From a virus (Duplodnaviria; Caudoviricetes): a stretch of 61,169 nt of DNA. The first letter of the stretch is position 1; every line of letters begins with the position of its first letter. The position numbers and the translations under genes were made by a program. Below are positions 1 through 9,476 of the stretch, piece by piece. The notes beneath the pieces are model-generated. The model made no database searches. It was not told where the DNA came from and saw only the letters and a list, made by a program, of their open reading frames with translations. The stretch is taken from positions 1 to 61,169 of the IMG/VR virus record IMGVR_UViG_3300031227_000040; one strand, given 5' to 3'.

Positions 1-63
1 TAAAAGATAGTGAAAGGGGAACATTCTATGTTGGTATTTTAAAAGAATTAAATAAATAGTTAT

Positions 64-159
64 ATGAAAAAATATCAAGTAATTTTATTCTACACTGGTT
101 CTATTTGTTTAGGTTCTTTGTTAGGATATATAGCATTTATATTGTGTCTTAATAAATAG
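64..159 (+). CDS. small hydrophobic peptide (31 aa)
   Basis: Read manually: MKKYQVILFYTGSICLGSLLGYIAFILCLNK*. One predicted TM segment; below the ORF-track cutoff. Confidence 0.4.
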   Translation: MKKYQVILFYTGSICLGSLLGYIAFILCLNK

Positions 160-181
160 TTCATTAGAAAGGAGGACAATT

Positions 182-460
182 TTGAAAAAGAAAAAGAAAA
201 AATGTCAGATTTTTATTCCAATACCTGCAAACAAAACAACAGATCATCATCATATTATTCCCAAGAGCCGTAAAGGTAGAGGTGATAGCAATAATTATAT
301 TGAGATTAACAAGGAATTACATAAACACTACCACAGTTTATTCGGGAATTTAACGCCTGATGAAATTATCTGTTATCTTGTAAAAGATTTTTGGAATAAT
401 CAAATCGATTGGATCGACAAAGCGCTCCTATCTTTAAAGAATGAGAGGGAGGCGAAATAA
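182..460 (+). CDS. HNH-like endonuclease
   Basis: DHHHIIPKSRKGRG..NN...LHKHYH motif. AGGAGG SD lies upstream of a TTG start. Confidence 0.6.
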   Translation: MKKKKKKCQIFIPIPANKTTDHHHIIPKSRKGRGDSNNYIEINKELHKHYHSLFGNLTPDEIICYLVKDFWNNQIDWIDKALLSLKNEREAK

Positions 461-473
461 AACCTCCCCTCAT
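441..473 (+). terminator. stem-loop over the HNH stop codon
   Basis: ATGAGAGGGAGG-N10-CCTCCCCTCAT inverted repeat; no clear U-tract. Confidence 0.35.
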
Positions 474-503
474 TAAAACAATTAATTATGTAATTTAAAT
501 ATT

Positions 504-722
504 ATGAAAAAAGAAATGTATCAAGAAGTTTATGAGATTAATTTTTCAAAGTTTGATTGTTATGATGACAAGAAAATTAGTGTTATCTCTACTTCAGTTT
601 CAATGGCAATAGTAAAAGCAAAAAAACTGCTACCAATAGTATTAAAAGAGGATGGATTTGGAGCAAATGAAATGAAAGGTTGGTATATTAAAAAAGCAGA
701 ATTTGTTTTAAACGTGTATTGA
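504..722 (+). CDS. hypothetical protein
   Basis: ATG ORF in the co-directional gene run. Confidence 0.55.
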   Translation: MKKEMYQEVYEINFSKFDCYDDKKISVISTSVSMAIVKAKKLLPIVLKEDGFGANEMKGWYIKKAEFVLNVY

Positions 723-731
723 TCTAAACAA

Positions 732-1316
732 ATGATAGAAACAATAAACTACATAAACTACACAGACTATCTAAAGGAATTGTTACCTTATGTAAAATTC
801 CCAATAGATAAATTGTTACTGCTAGGTTCTGGCGAAATGAATGCAGATGGATGTATAGAAGCAGAAACAAGATTAGCTGTTGAGTGGGCCGATGATTGTC
901 TTCTTAAAATAAAAGATAAGAAAGGTTTGATACCAATTAAGTTTGATGCAAAACATATTACAGAGATACTAGTTCCTAAAAGCTTTGATACTGTTGTGAT
1001 GTTTGATTTCCTTGAGCATCTAGTTAAAAGAGATGGAGAAAAATTATTGAACAATATAGAAAAATACGTTAAGCAACAAATCTTAATGTTCATTCCACTA
1101 GAGAATAGACTGAGAGACAAGGAAGATATAGCTAGGACAGTAAAGGCAAATAAGAACTCTAAGAAAAATAATGTATCTATGGGTAATCATTCCTCTCAGT
1201 GGACGCCAGAGGAAATGGAAGAAAGAGGATTTAAGGTTCTAGTTTCCCCATTCTATCATAAGGAGAGAAACTGGGGCGCTATGATCTGTATTAAGGATTT
1301 GTGGCAAGTGATCTAA
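732..1316 (+). CDS. class I SAM-dependent methyltransferase
   Basis: LLLLGSGE (motif I-like), FDAK, and SFDTVVMFDFLEHL (FD..EH motif typical of Methyltransf_11/23). Confidence 0.7.
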   Translation: MIETINYINYTDYLKELLPYVKFPIDKLLLLGSGEMNADGCIEAETRLAVEWADDCLLKIKDKKGLIPIKFDAKHITEILVPKSFDTVVMFDFLEHLVKRDGEKLLNNIEKYVKQQILMFIPLENRLRDKEDIARTVKANKNSKKNNVSMGNHSSQWTPEEMEERGFKVLVSPFYHKERNWGAMICIKDLWQVI

Positions 1317-1485
1317 TGGCGCGAAGAATTTGTGTGCAGCTAAATTAGGTTGGTCTAACAACTGCTCTGTAACTGAAATACGGGATCACAATAAGCCGTA
1401 GCAGTGAGCGAACGGGCCTGTGACCAAAATTGCAGAACCTGTTTAAGTAAGCTCAAGTTAGGTGGTTCAAATCCACGACTTGCCT
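1303..1485 (+). ncRNA. tRNA-like element with ~120-nt structured insertion in place of the anticodon loop (Cys-like acceptor)
   Basis: 7-bp acceptor GGCAAGT(1303-09)/ACTTGCC(1478-84) plus T discriminator; D-arm TCT-AATGGCGCGA-AGA; T-arm GTGG-TTCAAAT-CCAC. Confidence 0.55.
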
Positions 1486-1497
1486 TTTATAAACAAT

Positions 1498-1848
1498 ATG
1501 CCATATAAAGATATTTCAAAAAGAAAAGAATATCATAAACAATACCATAAGGTGTGGTACAAAAAGAACGGAGTTAAGAGAAGGAAACAGGTTATGGAAC
1601 GTAAGAGGGAAATTAAGAAATGGTTTAAAAAGTTTAAGAAGACATTGAAATGTTCCCAATGTTCTGAATCGGACGCAGCTTGTTTAGACTTCCATCATCT
1701 AGATCCAAAGAAACACGATGACTATATTTCTAACATGATCAGAGATGGAAGAAGTAAAGCAATCATCTTAAAAGAGATTAGTAAATGTATTGTTCTTTGT
1801 TCTAATTGTCACAGAAAGCTTCATTATCGGGAGTCGTCTAAACGGTAG
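1498..1848 (+). CDS. HNH endonuclease (Zn-binding)
   Basis: CSQC...LDFHHLDP...KCIVLCSNCHRKLH. ATG at 1498 is preferred over GTG 1462, which lies inside the tRNA-like T-arm. Confidence 0.8.
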   Translation: MPYKDISKRKEYHKQYHKVWYKKNGVKRRKQVMERKREIKKWFKKFKKTLKCSQCSESDAACLDFHHLDPKKHDDYISNMIRDGRSKAIILKEISKCIVLCSNCHRKLHYRESSKR

Positions 1849-1898
1849 GACGGGTGGTTCTGGACCATTTAATCGGAGTTCGAATCTTCGCTCCCGAG
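1827..1898 (+). tRNA. tRNA-Gln(CTG), CCA not encoded
   Basis: Acceptor TCGGGAG/CTCCCGA; D-arm GTCT-AAACGGT-AGGAC; anticodon arm GGTGG-TTCTGGA-CCATT with CTG at 1860-62; T-arm CGGAG-TTCGAAT-CTTCG. Confidence 0.9.
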
Positions 1899-1914
1899 CT
1901 TAAACATTAAAATT

Positions 1915-2310
1915 ATGGAAGACAAAAAAATACAATTTGGAAAAAAGGTATTTGAACTAACCATCCCAAGCCTTCCTCCTACAGATAATCATTTGTATGG
2001 ACAGAGGGGGAAAATTAAGTTCATGTACCCAGAGGGAAAGAAATGGAAACAGGAAGTTTATGATCTAGCTAAGAGTAATTATGGGGGCCAGATCTTAGAA
2101 CAAAATTTAGAAGCAGACGTTTGGATCTATTTTAAAAGAGATAGAGATGTTCATGGAGGACTCAAAGTTTTATTTGATGCTTTCGAAGGAGTCCTTTATA
2201 AAAATGATAAACAAATAAGAGATCAGCATTCTCACAAAAGAAAAAATGACATCTCAAAAATAAATCCATTCATTATTGTAAAATTTTATGAAACAGATTC
2301 CAACAACTAA
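1915..2310 (+). CDS. rusA: RusA-family Holliday junction resolvase
   Basis: PPTDNHLY N-terminus; RDRDVHGGLKVLFDAFEGVLYKNDKQI matches the RusA D..K...D....D pattern. Confidence 0.75.
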   Translation: MEDKKIQFGKKVFELTIPSLPPTDNHLYGQRGKIKFMYPEGKKWKQEVYDLAKSNYGGQILEQNLEADVWIYFKRDRDVHGGLKVLFDAFEGVLYKNDKQIRDQHSHKRKNDISKINPFIIVKFYETDSNN

Positions 2311-2647
2311 AAAGCACTTTGAAATTTTTAAAGATGAGTGCAATCATTGGGCAAAGGAATGGAAACTTGATGATTGGAAACTTTCATATCAAGTTGCAGA
2401 GATTAAAGGACGAGGAGAATGTTATAGATCATTAGAAGGATGCATGGCAACTATTACTTTATGTAAATATTGGGAAGATACTATTCGTCCTATTTGTGAA
2501 GAAGAGATAAGAGAAGTAGCTAAACATGAAATGCTTCATGTGTTACTTGGAAGATTAGGGACTTTAAACTATTGTAGATTTGTAACCATAGATGCAGTTG
2601 ATGAAGCAGAGCATGCTTTACTCAATAAGTTAATGGAACTTCTATGA
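2288..2647 (+). CDS. HExxH zincin-like metallopeptidase
   Basis: AKHEMLH motif followed by a downstream E (EAEH). Confidence 0.5.
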   Translation: MKQIPTTKKHFEIFKDECNHWAKEWKLDDWKLSYQVAEIKGRGECYRSLEGCMATITLCKYWEDTIRPICEEEIREVAKHEMLHVLLGRLGTLNYCRFVTIDAVDEAEHALLNKLMELL

Positions 2648-3012
2648 AACAAATCCCCCCTAAGTTAAGAAGTGAACTAGCTTCAGATCCATATTATATG
2701 AAGTGTTGTCTAACTAAGATTGAAGGAGAGTTAGAATGGCATCATGCTTGGACATATGCAAAGGGTCAGATTAATGAGCGTTGGAACATTGTCCCAGTTA
2801 CACACAGTAAACATGCTTACGATGGAGATAAGGATAGTATTCATAATGATTTGATCACAAGACAGATTGTCAAATATCTTTGCTTACGTAGGATTAGCAT
2901 GGAGGATCTTTATAAAAGATTTCCTAAGACTAATTGGAAACAAGAGTTTAAGTATCTTGAATATGTTTATGAAAATAATAAGAATCGTTTTCCTCATATT
3001 AGGTTTGAATAA
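2644..3012 (+). CDS. HNH-like/His-Cys nuclease-fold protein
   Basis: CC...LEWHH....INERWNIVPVTHSKH resembles the beta-beta-alpha-Me fold. Confidence 0.45.
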   Translation: MKQIPPKLRSELASDPYYMKCCLTKIEGELEWHHAWTYAKGQINERWNIVPVTHSKHAYDGDKDSIHNDLITRQIVKYLCLRRISMEDLYKRFPKTNWKQEFKYLEYVYENNKNRFPHIRFE

Positions 3013-3055
3013 TCATTAACTTGTATCTTTTAAATTATATTGCTTAAGTGGTATT

Positions 3056-4045
3056 ATGATGACAATAACATGGGACTCACAATTTGATTTGCATTCCACT
3101 TACGGAGTTATTTCCACCCGTATGTGTGAAGAACTTTTAAAGCTTGGAGTTGATATTAGAATTAAACCATGGTCCGAATCAACTAAAATTTCTAGGTTAC
3201 TTAATAAATGTTCTAGAGTCCCTGGGGGATTTAAAGTTAGAATGTCGGGAATTAATTCTATCTCAAACTTAGATGACTTTAGTTTCATCCCAGACTTTGT
3301 TCCTTCTTTTCAATCCCCCAATTTTGATAAGCAAATGGCAATGTTAAATGCTGCAAATCATTTAATCATTCCATCTCAATATCAGAAGGTTGCCTTTGAT
3401 GCTCTCTCTTTAAAAGCAAGTGTAATCCCAAGAGGCTCAGATTTTACACCAATACATAGAAAGCAAAAAAAGAATTACACATTTTTATTCATAGGTTATC
3501 TTTCTAAATATAAAGGGCTTCATTATTTAGCTGAAGCTTATAAGAGAAGTTTTACGGGAGAGGAAAATGTAAAATTAATTTTAAAGGGAAATGATATAAT
3601 GACTCACCCAGATCAAATGACAGATGAACAGATTAAGAAAATCTTTGGGAGAACTTTTAAAACTTTAGAAATTATTAGAGAGAACTGGGACTATTCAAAA
3701 CTTTTAAAATTATACAAGAGATCAGATTGTTTCGTTAGTCCTCATTGTAGTTTAGGGGCTTTTGGAACCAGAGTAGCTTTAGATGCCAGAAAAACAGGTC
3801 TCCCTTTAATTGCTCCTAAGTATGGAGATGTCAAATTATGGCATGACCAAAGATTTCTAGTTCCATATAAACTTAGGGATGATGGAATCGAACTAGATAT
3901 TGAAAAATTTGGTTGGGCATTAGGAGTTTGTTATAAGTATCGTGTTAATGCTAATCCTTTACCATCAGAGTCCTGGACTTGGGAAGAAGCAGCTAAACAA
4001 TTTATAGAAATATTATATGAAAAAAGTACTAATTTGGGCAGATAG
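3056..4045 (+). CDS. GT-B (GT4-like) glycosyltransferase
   Basis: TFLFIGYLSKYKG..L, LYKRSDCFVSP, FG..ALDA...GLPLIAP. Confidence 0.8.
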   Translation: MMTITWDSQFDLHSTYGVISTRMCEELLKLGVDIRIKPWSESTKISRLLNKCSRVPGGFKVRMSGINSISNLDDFSFIPDFVPSFQSPNFDKQMAMLNAANHLIIPSQYQKVAFDALSLKASVIPRGSDFTPIHRKQKKNYTFLFIGYLSKYKGLHYLAEAYKRSFTGEENVKLILKGNDIMTHPDQMTDEQIKKIFGRTFKTLEIIRENWDYSKLLKLYKRSDCFVSPHCSLGAFGTRVALDARKTGLPLIAPKYGDVKLWHDQRFLVPYKLRDDGIELDIEKFGWALGVCYKYRVNANPLPSESWTWEEAAKQFIEILYEKSTNLGR

Positions 4046-5216
4046 TCCAACAGCTACAACTGGTTTCGCTAGAGTTACTAGAGAGATCTTTACAAGATTA
4101 GATAAAAAGGTTAAGATGAAGATAGCTTGGCTAGGAGTTAATTATTCTGGGAAGCCACATGACTTTCCTTTCAGTATTTATCCTGCTCAAGATCAACTGG
4201 TTAAGACTCCGGATATAACTGGAATTAAAAGACTTCCTGGTTTCATTCAAGATTTTAAACCTGATGTTATTTTTATCCTCCAAGATCTTTGGATGTTTTC
4301 TAGAGTTGAATCTAGACTGGCAAAACTTAAACAAATAGCTAAAGACCAAGGACATCCTTTTAAAATTATCTATTACTTTCCTGTAGATGGAGATCTTCAT
4401 AAAGATTGGGTAGATGCTCTTGATATAGTTGATGTACCTATTACGTATACTAATTGGGCTAAAGATAAATGTGTAGCTCTTAATCCTAATTTAAAGGATA
4501 AGCTAAAGGTTATTCCTCATGGAGTTGATGCAAAGACTTTTTATCCAATTAAGAAAGAGAAGAAAGATTTCTTCCTATTCTCAAACGTGGGGAGGAATAT
4601 GCAGAGAAAACAATTAGCCTTAAGTATAATGGCTTTCTCTAAAGCTTTTGAAACTTTAAAACAAAGTGGAATCAATATTAAACTCTATCTTCATTGTCAA
4701 CCTGAAGAGTTTGGAATCTCATTACCTAGAATTGCTAAGCTTTATGGATTAACTACTGGAGATGATGATGATGCAGATGTTATTTTTCCCAATCAGTTTG
4801 GCTTTGTAGAACACAAGGGAATCTCAGATGAAGATCTTAATCGCGTTTATAATAAAGCTGATTGCTTAATCTCTACTACAGTAGGAGAAGGATGGGGACT
4901 TCCTCTTATGGAAGCAGCTGCTTGTAAGACTTTGTTAATAGTTCCGGAAATTCAACCTCTCATTGAAAATTTAGAAACAAAAGCAATCTTCTATGGACTA
5001 AAAGGAAGTGTAAATTTTGAGAGAGACCTATCCATTATTAGGCCGCTCCCAAATCCACATGAGCTTAGTCTTAGAATGATTGAAGTTGTTGCTGGATTTT
5101 ATGATGATAAAATAATAAATAGAATTAAAGAACGGGCATATAGTTGGTCACAGGATCTTGATTGGAATAAGGTCTTTAAAACCTACTGGTTTAACTTGTT
5201 AAAAGAACATTTATGA
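4017..5216 (+). CDS. GT4 glycosyltransferase
   Basis: DSPTATTGFARV, IPHGVD, NVGRNMQRK, GEGWGLPLMEAAAC (E-x7-E motif). Confidence 0.9.
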   Translation: MKKVLIWADSPTATTGFARVTREIFTRLDKKVKMKIAWLGVNYSGKPHDFPFSIYPAQDQLVKTPDITGIKRLPGFIQDFKPDVIFILQDLWMFSRVESRLAKLKQIAKDQGHPFKIIYYFPVDGDLHKDWVDALDIVDVPITYTNWAKDKCVALNPNLKDKLKVIPHGVDAKTFYPIKKEKKDFFLFSNVGRNMQRKQLALSIMAFSKAFETLKQSGINIKLYLHCQPEEFGISLPRIAKLYGLTTGDDDDADVIFPNQFGFVEHKGISDEDLNRVYNKADCLISTTVGEGWGLPLMEAAACKTLLIVPEIQPLIENLETKAIFYGLKGSVNFERDLSIIRPLPNPHELSLRMIEVVAGFYDDKIINRIKERAYSWSQDLDWNKVFKTYWFNLLKEHL

Positions 5217-5458
5217 AAACATACGATACTAACGATCTAAACATAACTACTTCACTTACTGTAGCTGGATTTGATTTACAAGAAGTGATAGTAGATGATA
5301 AAGGAAGAGTATTGTTTAAATTCGAAGATACTAAAGAACTTAAGCAAGCTGTAAACAATTTTAGAATTGACAGACTTGAATTGCCCGCACAAGGACTTCT
5401 AATTAAATATCGCCAATTAAAAGCAATAGTTAAAGAAGTTCTTCAAGAGAATAAATAA
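5213..5458 (+). CDS. DUF5659-like small protein
   Basis: TNDLNITTSL..AGF.L...D.KGRVLFKF pattern recalled for DUF5659. Confidence 0.55.
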   Translation: MKTYDTNDLNITTSLTVAGFDLQEVIVDDKGRVLFKFEDTKELKQAVNNFRIDRLELPAQGLLIKYRQLKAIVKEVLQENK

Positions 5459-5462
5459 ATTC

Positions 5463-5477
5463 CGGAAATTATTTCCG
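5463..5477. promoter_or_regulatory. 15-bp palindrome CGGAAATWATTTCCG, copy 1 (intergenic)
   Basis: Perfect 7-1-7 palindrome; recurs at 22440 and 37382. Confidence 0.45.
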
Positions 5478-5493
5478 ATTAAATTTTAAAACT

Positions 5494-7674
5494 ATGGAAG
5501 ATGATGGAATGTATTTAGAAATGTTACCGCCTCAGCAAGAAGAAGCAAAGTCCCCGGAGGAATCTCCAGAGACAATTTCAAAGCTTCAGGCAGAAAATTT
5601 GAGCCAAGAGTTTGGCCCAGTTGAAGTTATCATGATTCGCTATAATTTAAAAGAGACAGAAGATAGAGCAATTAAAGCACTTTATGAAAATACGGTTTAT
5701 CCATTTCACTTAACAGATTATAATAACTATCCTAAGAATAAAGATCTTTCTAGATTGTGGAATGAGTTAATAGAAAAATCTGACTGTGAATATATTTGCC
5801 TATTAAACTCTGACGCATTCGTTTCTCCTGGCTGGTTACTTGAGATCATGCAAGGCTTCCAAGGCTTTCCTAATGCTGGTTGTGTTGGTCCATCCGGAGA
5901 TCACGTAGGAGGAGTTCAAAGATCTCTAGGGGGAATTCAAAGTGCCTCTGAACATAGTGGAAGCTTTGATATCTTAGAAGGGAAAGATACATTATCAGGA
6001 TTTTGCATGGTAATAAAGAAAAGTGTGTGGAAAGAAATAGGAGGATTTACAAATGAAGTCCCATTCTATGGTGGAGAACATGCATTTAATTTTATGGTCA
6101 GAGAAGCTGGCTACAAACTAGTTTGGGCTAAGGGCGCTTGGGTTTATCACGAAGGTGAAGCCAGTGCCAAAAAAGCAGGAACTCACATTGAACTGAGGAT
6201 CACGGGTCCTCAACAGTTTATTAACTGGCAGATTCATAGAGTTCCTATTTTATTTACAACTTATAATCGTTTGGACTTTACCAAACAAACCTTTCCAGAT
6301 CTTGTTCAGAAATATCCCCGCAATGAGATTTATGTCTGGGACAATACTAGTACAGATGAAACTAAGAAATGGTTAAAGAAAACTGTAAAGGGAAATAAGC
6401 TTTATAAAAACGTTGTCCTTAATTTTTCAAAAAAGAATGTTGGAGTAGCTGGCGCAATGAATGCTTTCTTAGATTATACTGTTAACAAAGAGTTTATTGC
6501 TAAAGTTGATAACGATACAATCGTTCCAGCTGATTGGTTAGAATGCTTACTAAAACTAACTGAGTATAAACATACAGATATCTTACAGCCTAAGCATCCA
6601 ATCTTACATTCAAAATATAAAAACTTTGCACAATGGATGGAACATTTACCAAAAATAGATCATCGTCTACGCCAGTCATCCTACGTGGGAGGATCAGGAA
6701 TACTGATCAGGCGTTGTAAAATAGGAGAAGAAAGAATTGAACAAACTTCAACTGCTCTATCTGGTTGGACTCAATGGCAAGATTCACATCCAGAAATATT
6801 TAAATGTTTTTGTTCTAACATTGAAATCAAATTACTTGATATGATTGAAGATAATAAGATAGATACTTCAAAGTATCCTGATTATTACGTAGAGACTGGA
6901 AGGGCAAAAGAGACAACAGAGAATAAAGTAATGACAACCCTATCAACTCATAGAGCAATTGCTAGACTGATTACTAAAAACAAATTATTCTCCTATACTC
7001 GTTATGGAGATGGAGAACTTCTAATGATGGAGAATGAATTTAAGGGAAGAGATATTACCCAATACAATTCAAAGGCATTTGCTAAGGAAATTAAAGAGGG
7101 CTTTGAGATTGATGATCCGAATTATTTACTTGCAATCTCTGCTGGTTATCAGAATGAAGAGGGAATGGCCCCCGGACTTTTCTCTCCATTTGAAAACGAT
7201 ACTACTCTTCAAGACCTAGTAAAGAAAACTTATGATAAGAAAATCTTTTACAATCCAGTTGCTTATCATTACTTAAGTGTTTTTTCTTGTGGAGAGTTTA
7301 AAGAGTTTATAGATCTATTAAATACTAAGAAGCTAGGATTCGCAGGAGGAAATCATTTAAGGGAAGCGAATAAGTATTTAAAGATTAAGCATTTTGTGAA
7401 CACCCCAGTTTCTCAGGCTTATAATTCTATCAATCATTGGTATAGGAAGATAAAAGAACTTGAGGGAAAAATTGATATCCTTCTTCTTGCAATAGGACCA
7501 ACTGCTAAAGTAGTACAGAAGAGATTATGGAAAGATGGAATAAAGATTTCGACTATAGATATTGGAAGTGTAGCTGCTATTCTAGCTAATGATGAGAATG
7601 ATGGACATACTTGGCTTCGACTAGGTAAAGCTAAAATAAATAAAACATTAAGCTTATTAACTAACTTGAAATAA
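5494..7674 (+). CDS. tri-domain glycosyltransferase (GT2 + GT2 + GT-D/DUF1792-like)
   Basis: LLNSD...GFCM (GT2); FTTYNR..WDNTSTD..KVDND (GT2); YTRYGDGE..LAIGPTAK..IDIGS (GT-D fold). Confidence 0.8.
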   Translation: MEDDGMYLEMLPPQQEEAKSPEESPETISKLQAENLSQEFGPVEVIMIRYNLKETEDRAIKALYENTVYPFHLTDYNNYPKNKDLSRLWNELIEKSDCEYICLLNSDAFVSPGWLLEIMQGFQGFPNAGCVGPSGDHVGGVQRSLGGIQSASEHSGSFDILEGKDTLSGFCMVIKKSVWKEIGGFTNEVPFYGGEHAFNFMVREAGYKLVWAKGAWVYHEGEASAKKAGTHIELRITGPQQFINWQIHRVPILFTTYNRLDFTKQTFPDLVQKYPRNEIYVWDNTSTDETKKWLKKTVKGNKLYKNVVLNFSKKNVGVAGAMNAFLDYTVNKEFIAKVDNDTIVPADWLECLLKLTEYKHTDILQPKHPILHSKYKNFAQWMEHLPKIDHRLRQSSYVGGSGILIRRCKIGEERIEQTSTALSGWTQWQDSHPEIFKCFCSNIEIKLLDMIEDNKIDTSKYPDYYVETGRAKETTENKVMTTLSTHRAIARLITKNKLFSYTRYGDGELLMMENEFKGRDITQYNSKAFAKEIKEGFEIDDPNYLLAISAGYQNEEGMAPGLFSPFENDTTLQDLVKKTYDKKIFYNPVAYHYLSVFSCGEFKEFIDLLNTKKLGFAGGNHLREANKYLKIKHFVNTPVSQAYNSINHWYRKIKELEGKIDILLLAIGPTAKVVQKRLWKDGIKISTIDIGSVAAILANDENDGHTWLRLGKAKINKTLSLLTNLK

Positions 7675-8243
7675 TGGAATATACACACACCACATTCCTT
7701 GGGGATGGAATGTCACAAACAGAAGCAGAGTTTCGTTTGTGGGAAACCATTTTAACTGAGTATGATTTTAAAAGGATTATCGACTTAGGAACTTGGAAGG
7801 GAAATCATGCTCTGTATTTAAATATGTTTGCCATTAATAGAGGTGCTGACTTCTATACTTACGACAATAAGGATTATGAAGACAGTCCAATGAAACAGTT
7901 CATCGGGTTTGATAAGTCTTTTTTCAAAAAGGATATATTCAAAGAGGCTACTAGTATTAGGACTCTCATTAAGAAACCCGGAAGAACAATTCTCTTCTGT
8001 GATGATGGAGACAAGATAAGGGAATTTAGAACTTTTAAACCTTATCTAAAAGTAGGGGATGTTATTGCAGTTCATGATTGGGGAACAGAATGTAAACCAA
8101 TTGATGTTAATACCAAAGATCTTCATCAAGTAGCTCATGTAGATCGATTAATCTTTTTTGAAAGGATAGCATCAAGGTTTAGACTTATTAAAGATAAAAT
8201 AAAAGTTGAAGTATCTAATCCTAAAATAACTCCAATAACATGA
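7674..8243 (+). CDS. SAM-dependent methyltransferase (CmcI/Methyltransf_24-like)
   Basis: IIDLGTWKG, LFCDDG, LKVGDVIAVHD. Confidence 0.7.
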   Translation: MEYTHTTFLGDGMSQTEAEFRLWETILTEYDFKRIIDLGTWKGNHALYLNMFAINRGADFYTYDNKDYEDSPMKQFIGFDKSFFKKDIFKEATSIRTLIKKPGRTILFCDDGDKIREFRTFKPYLKVGDVIAVHDWGTECKPIDVNTKDLHQVAHVDRLIFFERIASRFRLIKDKIKVEVSNPKITPIT

Positions 8244-8974
8244 AAGAGAAAATTTACTTAGGAGGAACATTTGATTTGTTTCATCCTGGACACATTAACT
8301 TATTTAAGGAAGCGCGCAAAATCGCCCCCATTGTTTGTGTTTCTCTTAATACAGATGAGTTCAATTTAAAATATAAGGGGAAGAAACCCTACATGAACCT
8401 GGCTGAAAGAATGGAAACAGTAGCCTCATGTAGGTATGTAGATGAAGTAGTAGTTAACACGGGTGGAACAGACTCCAAGCCAGCCATTATTAAGGCGGCC
8501 CCCCAATATATCTTACATGGTTCAGATTGGAAGGGAGATTCTCTTATGATACAGATGGGCTTAACTAAAGAGTTTCTCAAGGAAGAAGGAATTAAAATGG
8601 TTACAGTACCTTATACTAAAGGAGTTTCAACTACAGAGCTTATAAATCAAATTAAGTGTGGGCCCAAAGTTATTGCAGTCGATTTAGATAAGACTCTTTG
8701 TCAAGGAGAAGCTTGGACCCCAGAGGATTGTCTCACAATGGTTCCTATAAAAGAAAATATAGAAATTGTGAACCAACTTTATAAGAAGAACTTCATCGTC
8801 ATCTATACCGCAAGGAGAGATCACATGATTCTCAATACTCTAACATGGTTGAAACTTAATGGAATCATGTTCCAATCAATCTCAAACAATAAAATGTCAG
8901 CCGACTACTACATAGATGATAAGGCAATAGAATTTGAAGCGCTTAAAAATAAACTCAATGTCAAAAACAGATAA
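8240..8974 (+). CDS. cytidylyltransferase (TagD/RfaE-like) fused to HAD phosphatase
   Basis: GTFDLFHPGH (HxGH), HGSDW, TKGVSTT; C-terminal VDLDKTL..YTAR..YIDDK HAD motifs. Confidence 0.85.
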   Translation: MKEKIYLGGTFDLFHPGHINLFKEARKIAPIVCVSLNTDEFNLKYKGKKPYMNLAERMETVASCRYVDEVVVNTGGTDSKPAIIKAAPQYILHGSDWKGDSLMIQMGLTKEFLKEEGIKMVTVPYTKGVSTTELINQIKCGPKVIAVDLDKTLCQGEAWTPEDCLTMVPIKENIEIVNQLYKKNFIVIYTARRDHMILNTLTWLKLNGIMFQSISNNKMSADYYIDDKAIEFEALKNKLNVKNR

Positions 8975-9476
8975 GTATCAACATGGTTTAATTGCTTTTT
9001 ACTTGAAAGAGTTTAAAGCACTTAAGAATAAAAAGATTTCCTTCCTAGAACTAGGGGTATTCAAGGGGGATAGCTTAAAGGTATGGGGAAAATTCTTTAA
9101 GAATGGACGTATATATGGACTAGATGGCTGGATACCGCCAGTAAAATTCCCCCCTAATGTAAAGACATTCCAAGGAGCACAAGAGAACATACCCTTTATA
9201 GATGAAATAGGTAAGCAAGCTGGACCCTTTGATATTATATTAGATGATTGTTCTCACGAATACGCTCCCACGGCTATAAGTCACAACACTCTTTATCCTT
9301 ACTTGAAGCCAGGAGGCCTCTACATAATTGAAGACTGGACAGCAGGCTTCATTAAGACTAAGAAGTTTTACGGATTACAGAAACTCATTTTAGAATTAGT
9401 TGAAAGAAGAGACTTCCAAGAGATGCGAATAATTAAACTGCCCCAAGGTGGGTCAACTATCTTAATAAAAAAATGA
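8958..9476 (+). CDS. SAM-dependent methyltransferase (sugar O-MTase-like)
   Basis: FLELGVFKGDSL, YGLD, FDIILDDCSH, LKPGGLYIIED. ATG at 8958. Confidence 0.8.
   Translation: MSKTDKYQHGLIAFYLKEFKALKNKKISFLELGVFKGDSLKVWGKFFKNGRIYGLDGWIPPVKFPPNVKTFQGAQENIPFIDEIGKQAGPFDIILDDCSHEYAPTAISHNTLYPYLKPGGLYIIEDWTAGFIKTKKFYGLQKLILELVERRDFQEMRIIKLPQGGSTILIKK

Noticed and set aside
1303-1485. tmRNA or canonical BHB-intron tRNA
   Set aside because: It has no G3-U70 alanine determinant and is too short for a tag ORF plus pseudoknots. The bulges are 5 nt and lie on the wrong side of the 4-bp helix for a BHB.
1827-1898. tRNA as a prophage attachment site or host-phage boundary
   Set aside because: Phage-like genes lie on both sides, and I saw no integrase or duplicated tRNA 3' end in the window.
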